Below, one piece after another: positions 53,424 through 64,000 of a stretch of 64,000 nucleotides of DNA. Origin of the DNA: Guillardia theta CCMP2712 (taxonomy: Eukaryota; Protista; Cryptophyta). The stretch lies in the NCBI RefSeq assembly GCF_000315625.1, contig NW_005434489.1:1-64000 (forward strand), read 5' to 3'. The notes below the pieces were generated by a model. That model was not told the origin of the DNA, did no database searches, and saw only the letters and a list, made by a program, of their open reading frames with translations. How positions within the stretch are numbered: the stretch's first letter is position 1; each line of letters starts with the position of its first letter. Position numbers and translations under genes: made by a program.

Positions 53424-54196
53424 TGACTCTGATCTCGGCTTACGGAAGTATGATAAGAGAAGCTGGAGGCATGTTGCATCTCAATGATTTCTTTCTGAAT
53501 GAAATTAGTTTCCCATGCTCTGACACATCCTACTATCTCCAAATGAAGAGGTTGCTTGTATGCAAACAAGCACGCACCGAATCATTGTTATCAGTTAGCC
53601 CAAACGTTTACGTGACTTGTAGTCCTGATCTGTGTCCCCCAACACATGATTCTCGCTTTTTCACATAGAGCTGCACTTGCGAATGTTTAGGAACGCTGAT
53701 TCATACTTTGTTTACTACCTACAAACGACAATACGGCCACTGTCATATGCACTTGCGAACGGGTACTGTCATCTTTTCCCTACCGTACAAATCTTTCAAA
53801 CGTGGCAAAAGACAATCCGTTGACGTGCTTGTCGTCTACACAAGACAAGCACGGAGCATCTGTGATCGATGTGCACAACCACCTTAGAAAGAGTGGACTG
53901 GGACTCGAACTTCAACTCGACCTTATCCAACATCTTCTGCAAAGTATTCAAGTACATCCCACTGAACAATGCTTCATCAAGCTCAAGAATACTGAACAGT
54001 ATTGACCATTGGGTGTTGACAGAGCCCTCAATGATTGATATTGATCGATCTAGCCAGGCTTTTGCAGCTTTCAACATCATTTCATTAATTCTACCTAAAA
54101 CGGTAGACATATTCAAACCTAAGGTCAAGGTCAAGGTTAGGTAAGCCCAATACCCCCCCTCATCAAGTCATGCTGAATCTGATGCTAAAAATGCCG

Positions 54197-55987
54197 AATG
54201 AAAGTAGCCTCGCCCTCGCATCACAATGTTTCTGCCAGCATCCCCTCAGAAGTAGACCGTCCTCTACCCCTCCTGGCACTCCTGCCCGGCACGTCAACCG
54301 TCTTCATCACGGTCAAGCAGTAGCCTCGCCCTCGCATCACACTCTGCCGGTCCCAAGTCTCCGAGCCCCCGTATCACTCGTCAGTCTCGTCCTTCTGCTG
54401 CTCGGCACCGCTCATGACAGCCTCCGCTTGCTTCAAGGCCCTGTAGCTGCCGACATCGTGCACCGAGTACAAGACCAAGCTCGTATCATACGCCCGCCCT
54501 ACCTCCCGGAAGAACCTGATCTCTTCCCTGCATGCTTGTTTGCATACAAACACTTCCCTCCTCCCCGCTGATGCACGGTAATGCTTCACATACTCCAGCA
54601 CAGGTCCATGCACATGCTCGGAGCCGCGGAGCTGAGGCATGACGACATCTTCGGGTATGCCGATCTCCCCCAACACGGCCCGTCGAAGCTCTTCGTTGTT
54701 GACGAGATGCTGGTACATCACAACCAGGGATAGCATCCCCTCCCGCATCTCCTTCACTTCCTTCGCAGGTAATGCCTCCAGCACAGACTTGATCTCCTTC
54801 TTCCTGCTCGCCGCCATGTCAACGGCTTCGCTCAACAGACACTCCAGCACATTTCTGCGGCAGTAGATCCGTCAGCAGGAGGCGCTCGTAGACTTGAAAA
54901 GACATTCACCTTTGGGTGGCGGAGGATAGCCGCCACCTGTAGTAGTTAACGACCCGTTTTTCCTTGTCCCACTGATGCCTCATCTTCAGCAACTTCTTCT
55001 CAAGCCTCCTCCTCTTCATGTCCTTCTCATGCTTCAGCTTCTCCAGCTCCATCTCACATCTCCGTATCTCCATCGCGACAATACAGACGTCCTCGTCCAC
55101 GGCATCAGTTTGCAGCACCTTCTGTGCTCGGCGGAGGCATCTCATCGATCGGTCTCTTGCACTTGCAGCTGCCTCTGAAGCTTCGCTCAGACAGGCAGGC
55201 CCGTCCAAGGTCGTGGCGACGGCGACCAGGGGCACAAGCAAGGCAACCAGTTTCCGCATGGCGCGAGTACCCCACCCTCACTGTTGGTCCTGAGCCCTAC
55301 CAGCCGACAGGGTAGCTGACAGGGTAGTGGATGGTCAATACTGAAAAGAAACCGGCAGCTTCTCCCCAAGTTTGTGGCATGCTTGGCATGTTTCGGTCTT
55401 TCCCACTTTCGTCTTGCCCACAGTGAAGGGAGCTTGTGGTTCACCCCTCAAGGGCCTCATTTGTCCTTTGCTCGTCATGCCCGGTCAATCGGATCCCTGC
55501 AAGGTATCTCACAGTGTATGTGCACAAGATGTGTAAACCTGTTCAATCAACAGAAGACCTGTGAATGATTGAGCAGATGCAGACGCAAGGAGCGAACTAG
55601 AAGCTTCACTGCTCGAAAACGACAGGTTGAAGGGATCGGAACAAAGGACTCCGGATTGAATACAGTCGGATCCTACGGGAGGTAGGGCGGGCGTATGATA
55701 CGAGCTTGGTCTTGTACTCGGTGCACGATGTCGGCAGCTACAGGGCCTTGAAGCAAGCGGAGGCTGTCACGAGAGGCGCCGAGCAGCAGAAGGACGAGAC
55801 TGACGAGTGATACGGGGGCTCGGAGACTTGGGACCGGCAGAGTGTGATGCGAGGGCGAGGCTACTGCTTGACCGTGATGAAGACGGTTGACGCGCCGGGC
55901 AGGAGTGCCAGGAGGGGTAGAGGACGGTCTACTTCTGAGGGGATGCTGGCAGAAACATTGTGATGCGAGGGCGAGGCTACTTTCATT
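54197..55987. repeat. 312-bp inverted repeat (arms 54197-54508 and 55676-55987)
   Basis: Arms are reverse complements with about 4 mismatches by eye. Confidence 0.95.
54374..55259 (-). CDS. Orphan secreted-type coiled-coil protein (copy B, ~267 aa, 2 exons)
   Basis: Signal-like MRKLVALLVPLVAVATT; GT-AG intron 54855-54936 joins the two ORFs in frame. Confidence 0.75.
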
Positions 55988-56741
55988 TTGCATCTTGGGG
56001 TACGTTAGATTGCTGATCTTTGTTCAGTCGCACTCAATGCAGATGACGCGCATGGAAATCAACATTCAGACATTATTACTAGCAAGTCGTGATCAGAGCT
56101 CAAATTTCATCTTATCACGGCAATACTTCTACAAATATCCCTTGAAGCAAAGCTCAATAGCATACAGGTCAACTCTTGTGGCATGTGAATCATTTTTTTG
56201 GTTTAGCCCGCTTGAAATCAGAATAATCGTGCAAAGAAAGAGCCTGAAAGGCTGTGTCAAAGAACTCGAGAGAGAAGATGGATATGCAAACCTCCAACAG
56301 AGTTGGGAAACCTTCACATGGTTCCGTACGACTCTGCAGTCCTCTGAGTCACAGTCGCCAGAAGGAAGCAAGGAAACGACCTGTACAGGATTCAACCTGT
56401 TGTCCTCGAAATTGTAAAAGCTGATGAAAAAACATCAGTCTTCGAGCTAAGTGCAGGTAAACAAAAGTATTCTCACCTGCTCTGAGAGAAAGATTCTCTC
56501 GGTGTTAAGATGCTCTCAGAAGTGCTCGACAAGTTAGACTGATATCAAAGTGTCAAGCTGACATGACATTGCCGAGAGAAAATGGTACATCAAAATCATT
56601 TTGATCATTTCCGGAGAATGTAGCCGATCGCTTGAGTATGTTTGTTGCACTTATACTCCCTCCCTGCAGCATCTGTCATTTTACAAATTCTGAGGATAAT
56701 GATGATTTCCTGTTTTGTTTCCTTTTCCTCCGGCGCAGGTT

Positions 56742-57520
56742 TCAACACCTGAGAGGAACAAGCTGAGCTCGAGGCCTCAGAGGAGGCGCGTCACCTGCAC
56801 GACTCCTCCCTGCCGTTGGATCAACTTGATGAAGGGATGTCCCTGCCCGTTTCCAAGCAAATCTCTCTGTGCCGTCATTTGAGCCTTTTGAACTCAGACA
56901 AGTGGACAAGCACAGATAACCTGCCACAACCAGTTCGGTCGATCGTCTTCATCAATCTCTATCTCCTTGAAGGAATAAACAAGTTTCTCCTCTACATCAA
57001 TCATTCACTGGCTGACGGCATCCCCATATTATCCACTGCTACACACCTGCCGATGAAATCTCTCCTGAGCGCGCATAGCGACAAAATTCGTTCACAATGC
57101 ATTCATAGTGCCATGCTTGCAAGCGGCGAAGGCAAGCAAAGACCAATCCAGTAACTTCGGACCCATCAAGGCAATGCACATAGATGGGCAGCTGTGACGA
57201 CCTAACAATGGTTGAGAGGATACTGACAACATCTTTCACTGTGATCGTCAAGTCGTCCTTTCGCTTCTCCACTGCTCGTACGCAAGATCAGAGAGATGAG
57301 CAACGTGAGGCCTCTCACCCATGTGATGAATGTGCTGAATGCCTTCCATCGCGCAGAAGTCCTCCAGATCGTTTGTCGGAGTCTCAGGGATCAGCGAGAT
57401 CATGGTCTTGAGGTGGAGGCTCTTGAGGAAAGCAAAGTTCTTGAGCGTGGGATATGCTCCTCGGTACACTCCGACCTCGACGATGGCGAACCTGAAAGGG
57501 GGAACAACCTTGGCAGCCAT
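56742..57520 (-). CDS. Siw14/Oca-family tyrosine phosphatase homologue (Oca6-like); 3' end approximate
   Basis: VVPPFRFAIVEVGVYRGAYP, LHLKTMISLIPE, PIYVHCLDGSEVTGLVFACLRRLQAW..NEFCRY. Confidence 0.85.
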
Positions 57521-57826
57521 GGATTATTACTTCTTCTCATCATCTGCTGGAGTGAGCATGCCTCAGGCAACCTGCGACGAGGCTATCAGTAATTCATCAC
57601 ACCGACTGCTTCTACGACTGCTTCAACAAGATCATAACAACCTTCGCTCTGCTCTGCTTTCTCTCAAACCCATCACTCAGAGCCTCTCTAATGTCGAGCC
57701 TACCTCTTCCATCCCGCCCTCCTCGTCTCCCCCCCCCCCCCCCCCCCCCCCCCCTCCTTGCCGGTCTGAAATCTGAAACTCAGCCTAAACCCCCTTTACG
57801 CCTCTTCTTTTTCCAGCCTTTGAGCG

Positions 57827-59865
57827 ATGGCCGAGCCGGTAGGTCAGGACGCGCTCGCTGCCGGCTTGGCCGCTTACGGCGAGCAGGAGGAGCGGCTGAG
57901 AAAGCTCATGCCCATGGGCATGCGAGAGATAGTTGCAGCTCATGCATCTGCCATGCAGGCAGCGTACGCAGCCTTTGATAGTCATTCACAAGGAGCAGAG
58001 CAGGGAGGTTTGCAGGAACAACGAGCTGCGCTGGAGGTAGCGCTTTGTCGATGGAAAACGCCGACGGATGGTGTGGATCTTGCATCAGTGGTGGAAGTGA
58101 GCGAGGGAGGAGTTCGTCTGGTGAAAGTAAACGAAGTGGTGGATGGCAGGGCAGCTGAGTTGGTGAAAGAGAATTGGCGAGCTCTTGTTGCAGTGTTTGA
58201 GATGGCATGGGAAGAGAGCTATAAGCCCATCCAAGACAAAGTGCAAGCAGGAAACAAGTACGCTAGCGTGGATGACTTCGACAGCGAGCTTGAAGCAGCC
58301 AAGAAGAAGGCAGAGGAGCGAGTTCAGCCTTTCCAGGATGAGTTTAAGCTCTTTCGCGGACTAGCAAGCCACCAGGAGCGCGTGCAACGGCTTCGCAGTA
58401 AGGTCCAGGAAATCAGCTTTGAGCGGCGGCTTGCAGAGCAGCGGCAAACGATCAAGCAGGAGCTCATGGAAGTTGTGAGTGCAACCAAAGATGCTCAGCG
58501 ACGAGAGCTCAAGCTTGTGCTGGATCGAGTAAGAAACATGGAAGAGAGAATGTCAGAGGTGAGCGCCAAGATGGGTAGACGAGACACAGAAAGAGAAACA
58601 GAACCTGCCAGATCAGCCTCTTTCACTCCGCCAGGTCAGAGTGACGAGAATTTACAAGCTCTCGAAAAGAAGATAGACAAGAAATTTCGCGACTCTTCCC
58701 TGGTATGCACAAAATTTGCAATTGCAGTTTTTGAAAATTGACACATTTTTGCGATGCAACAAAACAGGCTAATTGTGCTGAGATAGCAAAGGCAAAGCAT
58801 GAGTGTTTTGAATCTGTGTTTGTACGTTGTATGTTCCGAAGAGGTTCTGATTAGTTTTCAGGCGACATGTATCACAAAAGAAATGAAGAGCGCGGTGGTT
58901 GTCTTTCTATTGGTATTGTCCTCTCATGTTTGTTTCAGCTTGATGTCCAGATTGCTGAGCAAGCGTCAGCCCTAGAGGCACTCCGAGCCAAGGTGATGCT
59001 GAATCTTGTTTATGAAGTTTGACGTGACTCCAAGATGCTTGATGCTACCCTCAATTCCAAAGAAGAAATTGATACAGGTCAACTGTTCATGTCATTAATA
59101 TCAGCTTCACTCGCTATCCCTGGCATCTGCCTCTCTTGCTCTTCTTATCCTTTCAATGCAGTGCAAGCTAAGATCACCGAATTGCATGACGCCATCTCGC
59201 GGCTGACCGCTGACAGTGAGATTCAAATGGTAAACGTGGATTGCTCCTCATCGTCCTCAAGTTCTGGCAGAGGTGCATGGAAGATATGCTTCGTCGTCAC
59301 GACTCGAGAGTGACTCTCGTTACCTGCACATTCTGTGGGCTGATGTCTTCAAGGTGGCTGAGAATTGCAAAGCGATGTTTGGTATCCTGGAAGAGCAGGT
59401 GATGTCATTGGTGGCTCATGGACAAAATGATTCATCGCCCTTGTGCTTTTAGAGCGCTCCCCGCCATGCTCTAATGGAACTGCGGGAGGACATAGAAAAA
59501 CAGCTCAATGCTGCTCTACTGGCGAGTTGCCTTGCCCGCGTAGACTTGCTGAAAAAGCTAGCAGGCGGAAAGGCAAGGGCCACTTGCCGAGCTCAACCAG
59601 AAGATATCGCAAGTCGAGAGTGAGGTGACGGCGCACGCGAACATGCTTTGGAGCTGATCACTATTAACAAGGTTGGTGGTATTGCCACGAGGATCGAGCA
59701 AGGACGCGACGAGATACAAGCATTGTTTGGCATGATTGCTGAACTACCACAGGTTTGTCGCTTTGATATGAAACGATCTCTGACGTCAAGTAGGGCCAGT
59801 CAAAGTCGAAGTTTCTTCCTGAGAGCGCAAAGAAATTCCTCAAAGGCAAGAAATCGGACCAATAA
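57827..59865 (+). CDS. Helical/coiled-coil protein whose N-terminus resembles a guanylate-binding-protein helical domain
   Basis: About 290-codon first exon, then many short exons; AY..LMPM..EI..AH..A..AF pattern; no P-loop seen. Confidence 0.6.
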
Positions 59866-59912
59866 AATGTGGCCAGGAAAGGAGAATCAGCAGATTCGAG
59901 GCCAGGATGACT

Positions 59913-60886
59913 TCAGGACTTCTTCCATATCTTGAAGATTCCAATCTCCTCTGCTTGCCACACCTATGTGCATGTTTAAACTAGATTGTAAAAAATGCCA
60001 ACGCTTACCGGATGCAGCTCCTTCTCGGGAATCTTCTGGAATGCTAAGCCACACTTGGAGATATTTCGCAGAAAGTCCTGAGAACTTCAGTGAGGGTACA
60101 GATCACTAGGCTCGTGCTCCTACCAAATCCTTCTCCCGTCGCAGCTCAAAGCTTAGCACGAAACTTGTCTTGTCGTCCATGCTGTGTTGGAGGGTCTTTA
60201 GCAGGTGAGGGGTGCTAGCGTCTGAGTAGATGAGGTCTGATCCGACGATGAAGTCCCATCCTTGCCCCATGTCCGTCACGTTCCCCCAGTCCGTTGTCTC
60301 TCCTGGGCTACCCCACACGCACTCTTGAACCTGCCACGAGCCCGGGCAGTGAGCCTTGAGGTTGTTCTCCACGTTCTCTTGCAGCAAGCTTGTATGCCCA
60401 GGCAGCTCTGTCATCGTGACATGTGCTCCTGCTGATGCTAAACAAATGCCCACGAGGCCGCAGCCCGATCCCAGGTCAAGCACGCGCTTATCCTTCCATT
60501 CGATGCCGCTTACCTCGAAGTACTTGACCAGCACCTGATAAAAGTCAGCTCAAGGCAGTGCATGTGTCTCCAACCTTTGCAGCATCCCAGAGAACAGCAG
60601 CATGACCCGTCGATGTGTCTTGCTTGATCCTGAAAGTGTTGGTTCCGAAGTCAAAGTTTTCGTAGAAGATCGTGCTGGCCGCTTCCGTCATAACACAATC
60701 TTGATGGCTTGAAAAGAAGGAATGCTGGCCTCCACGAAGGGAGAAGGCTGGTTGGAGGTGGAGCAACTCAGAGCCTCCTTGCACAGGAGAGGTGAAGCAG
60801 AGGATGTAGAACGAGGCTCGGAGCAAGCAGCAAAGAGGCGAAGCTCTACGACTGAAGTTGGCACGAAAGGAGAATCTTGTGAGCAT
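59913..60886 (-). CDS. METTL21/EEF1AKMT3-like protein lysine methyltransferase with N-terminal leader
   Basis: GHAAVLWDAA, KRVLDLGSGCGLVGI, DFIVGSDLIY (DxxY), FELR. Confidence 0.88.
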
Positions 60887-61427
60887 GATGAAGGTCGGTG
60901 TGATTGGGAGGCAGCTCCAACATGCACAAGGCAGGGGCCATGCGATCACAAGGTGAGATGTCCAGGCTACGAGGCCATGTACCAGCCGAAAGCAGCAGCG
61001 ACAGCAGCGAACTTGGAAAGCAGCAGCTTTCCAGCAGCCTTCGCTTTCCGGCCCCCCTCATTGCGGGGATGAGGGGAGCCGAAGGGGGGCGGGGGGGTGC
61101 GGGAGGAGGAGGCAGCAAACTGGGCCGGGGAGAGGAAGGGTCTGGATGACTTGAGGAAGGGTCTGGATGACTCGGGCCTGTAAACATGCATGCTGACATG
61201 ATAACTCAGATCATGAACTGAGTGAGTGTCCTCCAGCAGCTGGTTTAATGGATACGAACCTTCGTGGAACGATCGGATGTCGAGAACCCGACTACGATTT
61301 GAGATGCCAAAATCAGAGTGAAGCAAAGAATCTGACCACAAAGGGGAGACGAGATCGTGTAGATAAATGGCATGATAGCTACATGTAACATGTTTCAAAC
61401 GCATCTCGCATTTTCTTTCAATTAAGT

Positions 61428-62091
61428 TCAGTCCTCTTTACGTCCTTCTGGCTCCTTGTCCTGGGTCAGCATTTCAAGAACGCTCTGCAACTCTTGTTTC
61501 AGCTGCTCCATCTTCATTCCCATCCCTCTCTTCACAGCATTGCGCTGTTCCTCGGGCAACTCTGCCAGCAACGCTGTGTAGGTAGTGAGACACTTGTCCA
61601 CCATCTCCCGCGCATCCTGCAATGAGAGTCAGAGTCAACAACCCGTGACGAGAGTATAAAGGCTGGCAACAAATCTTGTCCATGCAGGCAGCATCAGGAG
61701 AGCAAACGCTCACATCAAGATCGTCTTCGAAGTAGGTGGTTCCGAACGAATCTAGCGCGTCTGACAACAACTCACGTGCCTCAACGAAAAGCTCATCAAT
61801 GTCTTGAAGTTTACAATTGAGATCCAAATCGCTTTGATTGCTGAAAGATCTACATGCACTGCCGAAAACACCAGCACACGGATGAAGTAATCGGGGCATG
61901 CAAGCGGGATGAGGACGACTTGTCAAACTGCAGGCAGGAAAGATGAACCGGGCAGAGGGCGCTGGAGAGCAACTCAATTGAGCAGGAGTGTAGGCGAGAC
62001 TTTTGGCTGATGCCATGGAGTAGTTGAACATCCTCAGTCCTCTCGCCAAGCCTCGTCCCGCTCCCTCCAGTGCTCCCTTCGCTGCCTTCAT
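61428..62091 (-). CDS. Embryogenesis-like (EML/At1g71730-type) small helical protein, probably mitochondrial
   Basis: IDELFVEARELL..TTYFEDD|..AR..MGMKMEQLKQEL; R/S/A-rich presequence ending RSFS. Confidence 0.7.
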
Positions 62092-63075
62092 GCCGTCGGC
62101 TGGAATACTCCCCACCTCTTTCAGTAATCCACCCTGAATACCTCACCCCACCACCCCACCCTTAGTCACCCCACTTCTAAGTACACGATACCCCACCGTT
62201 TCCCTTAGATGTGCTCTAGCATCGCACCCTACCCCCATGCGAGTTGTTCAGACGTGGGCAATGGTATTTGCGGAATTGAGGTGAGGATCATGGTTGAGGA
62301 TCGGATGAGTGAGTGATGGTGTGGCGGGAACTTGAAGACGATGGAGTCAGTTTGTTCAACTTCATATTCCCACCTTGGAGATCTTGTTTCGTGTAAAGAG
62401 AACGGGAGCCGGGTGTTTGCAAACAAGGGGTTGAAATAACGACGCTTCTTGATTGACTTGTCTACCTTCAGGTTTCTTGCTAGTATGTTATATGAGTCGC
62501 CATTTCCTTCACCAAAATCAACTGTATACACTTTTTGCAAAACAAGACAGAATCATTTTATTCTTTTCCGTAGGAATGGATGGATCGAAGAAATGCGAAT
62601 GGTGTGTTGGGAACGACTATCACCCCTGACCCAAGTTCAGAAGAACTCGACAAGATGAGGTGACCTGACCTCATCAATATCCTTTCATTACCATCACTGT
62701 CTTGTCGTTGCCACCGCTCATCTTGTGGTTGATTCTGTTTCAGTGCAAAGGGCACTTTTGGCAACGAAAGTCAACCTATGTTCAACTCTGGCGCATGGGA
62801 TGGTTACCCTGAACACTACTAGTGATCTAACTTGTCTGCCGAAAACAATTTTCCAATATTTACTATATGCATGATAGAACACTCCTTTCCTCTTATTTTT
62901 TGAACTCCATAAATTTCTAGTACCAAATGGAGTAATGTGCTCGATCAAATGTGCAAGCTAAATTTGCTCAATCTTAGCTCTTGGCTTGTAACATCAAACA
63001 ATGTCCAATTTATTGGAGGACTTTTCTGTTCAAGAATGATTGCGAATAGATGATAATTGAAGACTACGGTTTGTG

Positions 63076-64000
63076 CTAATCAGGATGCAAAGCGGAAGGA
63101 TCCACCTCGTCGAAGACCGAGTCGAAATCATCGTATTCCTCGTCGAGGTAGGTTCTATCGCCAAGACGAGCAATGCTCCACATGCCCGTCCTTTCATCCT
63201 GAACAATCTCTGTGATGGAACACTCGAGGATTTCAGGAACATGGAGGTCTGGGAGTAGATGTTTCAGCGCTACCTCGATGAAAAATGCGTGCGTCACTAT
63301 CATCACTTTCGACCCCTTATACCGCTCGATGATTCTCTCAAGCACATGTGTGCATCGTTGTCTGAACTGCAACAATTTTTAGCGCTGAGAAACACAATTC
63401 CATTCGAACACCTCTTGGATGCTCTCTGGAAAGTTTGGAGTCAGGATCGGGTTGTACTTCTCGTTGATGAATGCGCAGATCGGCTTCAAGGTTTGAGATG
63501 TTGACCAGAAAGAATTAATGTCCATCGCCTCAGGAAAGAAGCTACGATGAAGAAACTCTCCGACGCCTGGCTCTACGTCAATATTGAACCTGTCACTGCC
63601 GGTTAGAGCGTTCTTATCAAGGTAGCTTGTCATCTACAAACAATTGCTCAATCCTTGTTGCAGCGTACTGGGCAGTGTAGACAGCTCGAATAAAGGGCGA
63701 GGAAATGACGTTGGTAATCCCGCTGTCCTGCAAGTGTAAACCTAGCTTTGTAGCCTCAGCTTTGCCCTCCTACGAACCAGCTCAATTGGTCATTAGAGCG
63801 ACATTGCGTTGCTGTTACCACGGTCAGATAAGGATCGAACGGGTTCGCCGCATCTCTGCTCCAGTCACGTTCGACAAAGTCTATTCTAAACCGCGAAGAA
63901 GATCAGAGCTCGTTACCGCAAATCAAAGGTTATACCTTTGTGCATGGCGAACCAGCAGGATATGAGAAGAAGCGATGGGTGGGTTTCCCGGGGCAAAGGA
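63076..64000 (-). CDS. Histidine phosphatase / phosphoglycerate mutase family protein (5' end may be off-window)
   Basis: LLVRHAQR, DPYLT, VISSPFIRAVYTA, VEPGVGE, VMIVTHA. Confidence 0.88.

Noticed and set aside
54197-55987. Classical TIR DNA transposon
   Set aside because: The arms are the gene's own coding 3' end; no TSD or transposase motif seen
59865-59913. Overlap of convergent genes
   Set aside because: After splicing, the stop codons are ~47 bp apart, which is ordinary for a compact genome
62229-62960. Short ORFs on both strands
   Set aside because: No consistent gene model or recognisable motif could be built, so left uncalled

Overview
Eukaryotic nuclear DNA: gene-dense, many short (mostly about 45-130 nt) spliceosomal introns, microsatellite-filled introns, and seven N-gaps (7013-7112, 10779-10878, 27096-27407, 32000-32986, 33919-34116, 36106-36601, 48127-48226). 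The overall style suggests a cryptophyte alga such as Guillardia theta; this is an inference only. Most long ORFs in the supplied track are microsatellite or antisense artefacts, so genes were rebuilt by hand-splicing and many boundaries are approximate. Recognisable genes: RNA polymerase I subunit 2 (RPA2), RAPTOR, a TXNDC9/phosducin-like protein, a TLC-domain protein, a PH-domain single-repeat cation channel, a SMYD-type and a compact SET protein, a TLDc protein, ZRANB2-like, an Oca6-like phosphatase homologue, a METTL21-like methyltransferase, an EML-like protein and a histidine phosphatase. Best leads: (1) an N-terminal ubiquitin-tail-like LRGG motif in four unrelated proteins, two of them after a signal-peptide-like stretch; (2) a recurrent intergenic AAAGTACCCC motif; (3) an AT-rich 1.5 kb insert with an intronless orphan ORF and an array of inverted motifs; (4) an orphan secreted-protein family with a 312-bp inverted duplication and a decayed paralog. 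No rRNA, tRNA or CRISPR array was recognised.
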